Assembly: GCA_017521465.1 (NCBI GenBank)
Contig: JAFXCN010000020.1
Coordinates: 5,797-69,796, forward strand
Reading direction: 5' to 3'
DNA from: Clostridia bacterium
GTDB lineage: Bacteria > Bacillota > Clostridia > TANB77 > UBA1234
DNA length: 64,000 nt
In this document: in pieces, positions 57,376 to 64,000 of the stretch
Numbering within the stretch: the stretch's first letter is position 1
Layout of the letters: each line of letters starts with the position of its first letter
Program-made: the position numbers and the translations under genes
The notes under the pieces: model-generated
Databases searched by the model: none
Told to the model about the DNA's origin: nothing
What the model saw: only the letters and a program-made list of their open reading frames with translations

Positions 57376-57754
57376 CTGAAAAATCATTCCTTTCTTTATA
57401 TAAATTATTATCTTGTTACTAATTCTTGTTCTCAAACCAAAATTGTTTATTCTCACTAAAACTCATCTTGCTACAACTTCTAACAAAAATATTTAGCTCG
57501 CTACGTGATACGCAAGCGTTTAAAACTGCGCTCGCTACATTTTTGAAGAATTTGTATACTACGCTTCGTAAATCGTTCGAACAAAAAATTTTGTTTTGAG
57601 AATATGTTCCTAATACACCAATAAATTGATTATCATTCCAAATTACTGTAACGCAGTTCGCTAAATCATAGTGAATAACGAATAACTAATAGTGAATAGT
57701 AATGGCTATTCGGATAATTATTAACTATTCACTCTTCACCATTCACTATTCACT

Positions 57755-58010
57755 ATAAAAAATGTCCCTGACATTTTTTATACAATGCCAGGGACGAAAA
57801 TTCTAATTATTTCCGCGGTACCACCCGTGTTCTAATCACAAAGATTAGCTCTCAAAATAGATTAACGCTCTAATCACGTGATAACTCCAATAGCGAAATT
57901 CATTTATATACAGAGCTTAGAGAAACTTTCAGTCGGTGATTTCTCCTTCCTACAAGATACATATAAACTACTAAAAATACCTTCATCGTCACCAATGGAT
58001 ATATATTACT
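57755..58010 (-). ncRNA. T-box riboswitch leader (Phe specifier UUC) for pheST
   Basis: Minus strand: T-box motif AACACGGGTGGTACCGCGG (plus-strand 57813-57831). Terminator GTCCCTG..CAGGGAC followed by T-run (57760-57797). Candidate specifier GAAAGUUUCUC. Confidence 0.7.
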
Positions 58011-58054
58011 CCTTTTTTTGAGAAAAGTCAAGGTTATGTCCGTATAAAAATATA

Positions 58055-58175
58055 CTCTGTGTGAACTTTTGTGTCCGACGTAAAGTGTACGCTGGGTGAA
58101 TTTTTCTGTCGGACATAAATCTTTCGCTAGGAATCATTTTTCAACGGACACAAAAAAGTCGGCATATGGCCGACT
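58055..58175. repeat. GTCGGACA-family repeat copies (fourth locus)
   Basis: TTTTGTGTCCGACGTAAAGTGTACGCTGGGTGAATTTTTCTGTCGGACATAAA. Near-identical to the locus-3 internal copy and to the reverse complement of the array-1 unit. Confidence 0.8.
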
Positions 58176-58182
58176 TAAGTAA

Positions 58183-58413
58183 TTAGTCTGTGTATTCATC
58201 AGTACGTTTTATTACATGAATAACATTTTCATTTTTCATAGGACAATCTGTGCTAACAACGCAGTCTAAGCAATCATCAGGTGTATGGTAGCATTTCTTC
58301 TCTTCTTGTTTGTTTTTATTAGGCTTAATACGTTCAATAAGCATTTGAATGCCAGGATTGTAATAAAGCATAATTAGTAAAATGATAACAAGAAGGATAA
58401 TAGCAACGTCCAC
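58183..58413 (-). CDS. hypothetical small membrane protein
   Basis: 76 aa with N-terminal TM and 4 Cys. Confidence 0.3.
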   Translation of the reverse strand: MDVAIILLVIILLIMLYYNPGIQMLIERIKPNKNKQEEKKCYHTPDDCLDCVVSTDCPMKNENVIHVIKRTDEYTD

Positions 58414-58611
58414 AAAAACACCTCCAGTTTATAGTGTTTTTTATGAGTGAAAAAGTATGATTATTATATCACAAAAGGCTTGAAAATCAAGAAAAACTTA
58501 TCGACAAAAAAGCACGAAATTTACTTTTCACTATTCACTATTAGCTATTCACTTTTGCTTGCAAAAAAAAGGGAGGCCCCGGATTTTACTCCGGGGACCT
58601 CCGCCCTATTT

Positions 58612-59115
58612 TTAAGGTGCCATAGGGGGCACCACCGCGACCAGCCCCTTGTACTGGTCCTGGTATTCCGCCAGTTTGGTAGCCGTGTTGCGCTGCCAGC
58701 GGGCGCGTTCCTTGGTTTTCTTTGCCGTGTTTTCGACGTCAGCGGCAAAGGCCTCTACCTCGTTGCAAAGGAGCTCGAACGCTTCTGCGACGCCAACCTT
58801 GCCCAGGGCGGCAGTAGCAACCGCAGCCTCAGCTTCTTCGCTGTCCAGGAACTTGACGAAATCTTCAATTTCCTTTTCAAGCTTGAGCCACGGCTTTTTC
58901 TTCAGTTGCGCCTCTTTGAGCTTTTCGCCGATGCCCTTGAAAAGGTCAGTGCAGTTGGAGATAATCGCCGGTACAGAGCCTACCAGGGCAAAGGCGGCAA
59001 CAATGAATCCCCAGAAATTCTGGGTCTGGGTCTGCACGTTGGTGAAAACCTTCAGGGCCATGATGGCCAGAACGAAAGTGATAATGGGGTTCAGAACAGA
59101 AAGGGTCTTCTTCAT
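58612..59115 (-). CDS. GC-rich hypothetical membrane protein
   Basis: 167-aa ORF in a segment of about 58% GC. Terminator GGGAGGTCCCCGGAGTAAAATCCGGGGCCTCCC followed by T8 at 58560-58600 (minus). Confidence 0.4.
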   Translation of the reverse strand: MKKTLSVLNPIITFVLAIMALKVFTNVQTQTQNFWGFIVAAFALVGSVPAIISNCTDLFKGIGEKLKEAQLKKKPWLKLEKEIEDFVKFLDSEEAEAAVATAALGKVGVAEAFELLCNEVEAFAADVENTAKKTKERARWQRNTATKLAEYQDQYKGLVAVVPPMAP

Positions 59116-59402
59116 GATGTTTCCTCCTTGTATCGGATGTTATTTTGGTTTACCATGCGTGCCGGGATAGGGCCCTCACAATTTCACGCGTAATCGTGAG
59201 GCAATAAATAAGTATAACATAAATATGTCGAACAGGCGCGAAGAGCGCCTGGAAATTTGGATAAAAGTTCTAAGACAATATTATTTTACCATATTTATGT
59301 AAATTAGTCAATGTTTTTCAATATTATGTATAGTATTTGTAAAATTTTATATATTTAAATAATAAAAAGCCGCCGGTATTCTACCGGCGGTCATGGAATC
59401 GA

Positions 59403-59831
59403 TTACTTTTCAGTTTCATCTTCAGATTCAGAAGATTCTTCAGTATCCTCTTCTACTGCATCAGGGTCGCACTCACTAACACACTCATCGCAGCAAGGAC
59501 AATCACATACATCATCTTCTACTTCATCTTCGCACTCACATTCACATTCACAGCAATCGCAAGCTTCGCAATTACACTCACAGTCCTTATCAAGGCCAAG
59601 TTTCTTGTCGATCCACTTTTCAGCCTTGTCAAGAGCAGCTTCACCAAAAATAAGTTCAAACAGTGCAACAATGATGCCAAGTGCAATAACCGCACCGATA
59701 ATCCAGAAAAGACCAATCTCAATGATGTAAAACACTGCGGACAGGATATTCCGTCCAAAGAAGAAATGGACTACGCCGATGAGCAGGCACAGAAGGGTAA
59801 ACGCAAGGGCCTTTTGACGAGACTTAGACAT
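59403..59831 (-). CDS. small membrane protein with Cys-rich acidic C-terminal tail
   Basis: Two TM helices, then DKDCECNCEACDCCECECECEDEVEDDVCDCPCCDECVSECD. GC-rich terminator at 59366-59395. Confidence 0.45.
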   Translation of the reverse strand: MSKSRQKALAFTLLCLLIGVVHFFFGRNILSAVFYIIEIGLFWIIGAVIALGIIVALFELIFGEAALDKAEKWIDKKLGLDKDCECNCEACDCCECECECEDEVEDDVCDCPCCDECVSECDPDAVEEDTEESSESEDETEK

Positions 59832-59946
59832 AGCAGGATTCCTCCTTAAATTTATTTGCCTGTCGATTATATCATAATTATGTCACTTTTGCAATAGAAA
59901 ATTTATATAAAAAAGCCGCCAGCTATTGCTGGCGGCGGAAGATATT

Positions 59947-60249
59947 TTACATATCATTCCTGTCATTTCTCATAATCAAGGATTCAAATAACTCTTTCGC
60001 AGTCTTGCTCTTAGAAAAACTCATATATGCAACAAAGATAAAAGCAAGTATGATCGTTCCGCCAATTACCCAATAAAGCACATATTTTAGAGCCACCAAA
60101 GCAAGTTCTCCAATCATCAAAACGAATTCAATTAGGGTTTCACCAAAGAAGAAGAATATAACGCCAATCAAAAGAATTCCCAAAAGTGCCAATAATCCAA
60201 TCAACATCCGATCCTTGTTAGTCAACATAGGTATCCCTCCGTTTTTCAA
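59947..60249 (-). CDS. small membrane protein, paralog of 59403-59831 without the Cys tail
   Basis: Shared LLIGV..FFFG...IE.G..L motif. GC-rich terminator GCCGCCAGCAATAGCTGGCGGC at 59913-59940. Confidence 0.4.
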   Translation of the reverse strand: MKNGGIPMLTNKDRMLIGLLALLGILLIGVIFFFFGETLIEFVLMIGELALVALKYVLYWVIGGTIILAFIFVAYMSFSKSKTAKELFESLIMRNDRNDM

Positions 60250-60282
60250 GTCAGGTCCAAATAAAATTATAACATATTTATG

Positions 60283-61590
60283 TTAACAATGCAATATTTT
60301 TTCTATAAAATCGGTACCCTCCCAAGAAGTTATTATAGTTTTTATATTTAATTCTTTCTCCAGTTCTTTTAATTCCATATCGTCTAAGAAAATATCTTCA
60401 TCATCTTTTAGCATACTACTAGACAATATTAGTTTCTCGCCTAATTCTTTACCTTTTAGTTGCTTTACTATATCTCCACCAGTCAATAGCCCTGTAACAG
60501 TTATTAATGGGCCAAAGAATGTATTTTCTATTGAATAAACGTTTATTTTTAAACCTTCTACTTTTTTTTCAAGTCTTGTAACTAATCTTTTTATAAAATT
60601 ATATGCAAGTTTTCCTGTAACTATAGAAACGGTTTTATTTATTTTTGTTTCTTCTATTTTTTTAATATTTAGGTCAAATTCATGTTTGAATTTTGCAAGC
60701 ATACCAATACCATCTTCGAGTTGCGGAAAATCTTCATAACTTTTATAACTTGGTATTCTTCTATTTGCTAATACATAGAATTCATCTGCTACGAATACTA
60801 CATTAGAGCCAACTTTTGCTTTGAATTTCTTTTGCCATGCTTCAACCTGGTCAATTACAACAGCTGCTGTATTCTTATTAAATGTAGTAAGTGGATATAA
60901 TCCTTCTCTATATTTTGTAAGTCCGACAGGAACGATTGCTATGCATTGCAAATATGGAAAGAATTTAGATAAGTCTTTTATTGTTTTATCTAGTATTTTT
61001 CCATCATTTATTCCAGGACATAGAACTATTTGTGCATTTACGCTTATTCCATGGTCAACTAAATATTTGATGTAATCCATTATTTTATCTGCATTATTAT
61101 TATTAAGCATCATTTTTCTAGTTTCACCATCAGTTGCGTGAACAGATATATTTATAGGGCTTAGATGATATTTAATTATTCTATCTAGATCTTTATATCC
61201 AGAATTAGTCAATGTAACATAGTTACCTGTTATAAAAGATAATCTAAAATCGTCATCTTTAAATACTAATGTATCTCTTACATTTTTAGGTAATTGATCC
61301 ATAAAGCAAAAGATGCACTTATTTGCGCAACTTCTAGGTTTTTCGATTAATTGCTCTTCAAAAACTATTCCCAAATCTTCATTATCTTCTTTTTCAATTT
61401 CTAAATCCCACTCTTCACCATTTGTTTTTTCAATTGTTACAACAATTTCTTCGTCAAATATTTGGAATTTATAGTCTAGAATATCTTTTATTTCTTCACC
61501 ATTTACAGATAACAAGAAATCTCCTGCTTCAATTTCCATTTCTTCAGCGATACTACCGGGTAGAACATTTTTTATTGGTATTTTTTTCAT
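60283..61590 (-). CDS. PDZ-domain / DUF512 protein with radical-SAM-like Cys cluster
   Basis: N-terminal PDZ-like region (VLPGSIAEEMEIEAGDFLLSVNG). Cys cluster CANKCIFC (Cx3Cx2C). Typical neighbour of der in Clostridia. Confidence 0.6.
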   Translation of the reverse strand: MKKIPIKNVLPGSIAEEMEIEAGDFLLSVNGEEIKDILDYKFQIFDEEIVVTIEKTNGEEWDLEIEKEDNEDLGIVFEEQLIEKPRSCANKCIFCFMDQLPKNVRDTLVFKDDDFRLSFITGNYVTLTNSGYKDLDRIIKYHLSPINISVHATDGETRKMMLNNNNADKIMDYIKYLVDHGISVNAQIVLCPGINDGKILDKTIKDLSKFFPYLQCIAIVPVGLTKYREGLYPLTTFNKNTAAVVIDQVEAWQKKFKAKVGSNVVFVADEFYVLANRRIPSYKSYEDFPQLEDGIGMLAKFKHEFDLNIKKIEETKINKTVSIVTGKLAYNFIKRLVTRLEKKVEGLKINVYSIENTFFGPLITVTGLLTGGDIVKQLKGKELGEKLILSSSMLKDDEDIFLDDMELKELEKELNIKTIITSWEGTDFIEKILHC

Positions 61591-61626
61591 AGTTTCTCCT
61601 TGTAAATTATAATTTGATTTTCATAG

Positions 61627-61715
61627 CAAATTACTCTAACGCAGTTCGTTTTCCCAGGGCGCCGCTGCGCGGGCGAAACCGTTTTTTCGCCCTGGAAAAA
61701 AGCTTCCTGCGGAAG
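61627..61715 (+). repeat. GC-rich multi-hairpin repeat element, copy B; on the minus strand it provides the rpmF terminator
   Basis: TAACGCAGTTCGTTTTCCCAGGGCG..CGCCCTGGAAAAAAGCTTCCTGCGGAAGCT. Minus-strand reading gives AGCTTCC-GCA-GGAAGCT followed by T6 directly after the rpmF stop. Confidence 0.85.
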
Positions 61716-61767
61716 CTGAAATACGCACATATATATGGTGTTCATATATATAAAAAAAAGCAACTAA

Positions 61768-61959
61768 TTATTTAGCTGCTTTTTCTTTTTTTGCTATAAC
61801 TTCTTTTCCGTCATAATATCCGCAATTTTTACAAATTCTATGTGGTTCAACAGCTTCATGACAGTGTGAACATTCAACAACATTTGCTGCTTCTATTTTC
61901 CATGTTGATCTTCTTAAACCTGTTCTAGCTTTTGACCATCTTCTTTTTGGTTGTGCCAT
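61768..61959 (-). CDS. rpmF: 50S ribosomal protein L32
   Basis: N-terminal MAQPKRRWSKAR...RRS motif and the L32 zinc ribbon CxxC...CxxCGYY. Confidence 0.8.
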   Translation of the reverse strand: MAQPKRRWSKARTGLRRSTWKIEAANVVECSHCHEAVEPHRICKNCGYYDGKEVIAKKEKAAK

Positions 61960-62077
61960 TTCTATATTCCCTCCCTTTATGCCGTCTAATTCTTATATAT
62001 AAACGATTCTTGTGAATCAACTTTAGTCGGACATGTAAAATTATATACTGGTTTTTCTATTTTGTCAAGTTTATTTG

Positions 62078-62278
62078 TTAGTCTAATGGATAAAATTTAA
62101 CAGTAGCTTCTGGTATATCGCCAACATATTTTGGTTTTTCTACTTTTAAATCGAAAGTAGCTATTGTTTTGTAGGGCATTGTTTGACCTAAAATTGGTGA
62201 TTCTACAGGTGCTGATATACCTAAAGTTTTCTTTTTAGTAAATGAAATTGGTAAACTAAATTTTTCAAAAAGACCCAT
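62078..62278 (-). CDS. hypothetical small protein
   Basis: 66 aa upstream of rpmF, where the larger YceD (DUF177) usually sits; no YceD motifs present. Confidence 0.2.
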   Translation of the reverse strand: MGLFEKFSLPISFTKKKTLGISAPVESPILGQTMPYKTIATFDLKVEKPKYVGDIPEATVKFYPLD

Positions 62279-62348
62279 AAATATTTCCCCTTTTTCTTTT
62301 GTACTACAGATATTTTATACTTTTTCGTTACATAATGCAATAGTTAAA

Positions 62349-63755
62349 TTATTTTAATTTTTCGACTATTTCTTTATATTTATTTCCTCTTTCTTCGAAG
62401 TTCTTAAACATATCAAAACTTGCACTTGCTGGTGAGAAAAACACTGTGTCGCCTTCTACTGCATATTTTTGTGCTGCTAATATTGCTTCTTCTAGGCTTT
62501 CACATTCAACAAGAGGTAATTCTATATTGTCTCCTCTGTTTTCAATTTCAGCTAATGTAGCATTTTTTATTTTTTCTTTAGTTTGACCTAATAATATTAG
62601 TATTTTTACATGGTCTAATATGTATTTGCCCATTTCTGCATAATCTAGGTGTTTGTCATAGCCACCTGCTATTAGTATAACTTTCTTTTTGAAGCTTACA
62701 AGACCAGCAATTGTTCTTGTAGGACTGCTTCCAATTGAGTCATTATACCATTTTACACCATTTAATTCTCTTACGAATTCGTTTCTATGTTCTACACCTT
62801 TAAAAGTAGTTAATACTTTTATAATTGATTCTGTTTTTACTAAGTCTTGAACTGCAGCTATTGCTGTACATGCATTTTCAACATTGTGTCTTCCTAAAAG
62901 TAATATATCATCTGCATCTATAATTTGCGTTCTAACCTTCGAAACACATGTTTTTATTATATTTTGGTCTAATACAACACCATTATCTAATCTTGTATAT
63001 GTACTGAAAAATCTAACGTTTCCTTTTGATGTATCAGCAAATTCCCTTGTTATTTCATTATCGTAGTTTATTACCAACAGGTCATCTCTTGTTTGATGTA
63101 AATATATATTTCTTTTTGAATCAATATATTCTTGATAGTCTTTATGTATATCCAAATGATTTGGTGATATATTTGTTACAACTGAAATATTGGGACTTTT
63201 CTTTAATGTCATTAATTGAAAACTGCTTAATTCCAAAACTACTATATCTTCGGGTTTCATTTCATCTATTCTAGAGAATAATGGAATTCCTATATTTCCG
63301 CCTAAATAGCAATTATAACCTTCTTCTTGTAACATTTTGTATATTAGTGTTGTTGTAGTTGTCTTTCCATCGCTTCCAGTAACACCAATTATTTTACCCG
63401 GACATAAGTCAATAAGCATTTCTATTTCAGATGTAAGGATTGCCCCTCTATCTAATTCTTTTTCGATTGCTGGAGTATCAGGTCTCATACTTGGTGATCT
63501 AAAGATTATGTCATACCCAACCAAATTATCTAAATAGTTTTCTCCAAGCGAAAAACGAACACCTTGAAGCATGTATTCTTCGCATATAGCGTTATCTAAT
63601 TCTTCTTCAGTTTTTCTATCGAAAACAGTTATATTTGCATCTAATTTCATTAAGTATTGGATTAATGGCGTATTGCTAATGCCCATTCCCATAACTGCTA
63701 CGTTTCTTCCTTTGATATATCTTTTAAATTCTTCAAGATTTTCGTTTACGTACAT
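62349..63755 (-). CDS. murD: UDP-N-acetylmuramoyl-L-alanine--D-glutamate ligase
   Basis: Mur ligase P-loop GVTGSDGKTTTTTL; domain order matches MurD. Confidence 0.95.
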   Translation of the reverse strand: MYVNENLEEFKRYIKGRNVAVMGMGISNTPLIQYLMKLDANITVFDRKTEEELDNAICEEYMLQGVRFSLGENYLDNLVGYDIIFRSPSMRPDTPAIEKELDRGAILTSEIEMLIDLCPGKIIGVTGSDGKTTTTTLIYKMLQEEGYNCYLGGNIGIPLFSRIDEMKPEDIVVLELSSFQLMTLKKSPNISVVTNISPNHLDIHKDYQEYIDSKRNIYLHQTRDDLLVINYDNEITREFADTSKGNVRFFSTYTRLDNGVVLDQNIIKTCVSKVRTQIIDADDILLLGRHNVENACTAIAAVQDLVKTESIIKVLTTFKGVEHRNEFVRELNGVKWYNDSIGSSPTRTIAGLVSFKKKVILIAGGYDKHLDYAEMGKYILDHVKILILLGQTKEKIKNATLAEIENRGDNIELPLVECESLEEAILAAQKYAVEGDTVFFSPASASFDMFKNFEERGNKYKEIVEKLK

Positions 63756-63776
63756 AATTAATTCACCTTTCTTAAA

Positions 63777-64000
63777 TTAATCACCTAGACAAATTCCAAC
63801 TCTACGAGCTGTTTTCACATAGTCACCTTCTAAATCTAATAATTTTAAATTTGAAGATTTAGAGCCTATTTCTGTATCTCGTCCTGCAACATCATCTAAT
63901 GAAACGTCTGTAATTTTTCCATTTAGTAATGTAACCATTCTACCAAATTTTTCATCAATTGCAAGTTGCATTGCGGCCGATCCATATTCAGTAGACAAAA
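63777..64000 (-). CDS. hypothetical protein, 5'-truncated by window edge
   Basis: ORF open to the window end; soluble C-terminus, so not MraY. Confidence 0.3.
   Translation of the reverse strand, partial: LSTEYGSAAMQLAIDEKFGRMVTLLNGKITDVSLDDVAGRDTEIGSKSSNLKLLDLEGDYVKTARRVGICLGD

Noticed and set aside
58447-59193. 248-aa and 173-aa plus-strand ORFs
   Set aside because: They run antisense through a 58% GC segment, where stop codons are rare. The minus-strand ORF has an RBS and a terminator.

Overview
This is a 64 kb chromosomal window from a low-GC (roughly 28-30%) endospore-forming Firmicute of Clostridia type. It is dense with housekeeping genes: recA-recX, punA-like PNP, scpA, ytfJ, murJ, an O-antigen-ligase/GT4 envelope cluster, trmB, cysK with an adjacent tRNA-Cys, a DacF-like carboxypeptidase, archaeal-type aspS and proS, pta/ackA, rnpB, gpsA-plsY-der, pheST, rpmF and murD. 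The most unusual region is a tightly packed ten-gene operon at 22.5-32.9 kb. It encodes a divergent Tad/type-IV-filament-like machine: a CpaB-like protein, two degenerate ParA-like pseudo-ATPases, a membrane-anchored CpaF/VirB11-family ATPase, a 786-aa polytopic platform-like protein and five pilin-like proteins with an unusual MDNASKA-type leader. A direct-repeat regulatory region precedes it. The window also carries three small repeat families. One is a 35-bp GTCGGACA-core unit present as two tandem arrays plus inverted copies beside a tyrosine recombinase. One is a GC-rich multi-hairpin element whose TAACGCAGTTCG signature occurs five times. One is an AGTGAATAGTGAAAAG motif family. Several short GC-rich (45-58%) gene cassettes are present, each with a GC-rich hairpin terminator; one of them splits the normally contiguous pta-ackA pair. 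Two T-box leaders (aspS, pheS) and a Cheo (LexA) box in the recA promoter are recognisable. All protein calls rest on reading motifs in the supplied translations by eye; no database search was possible.
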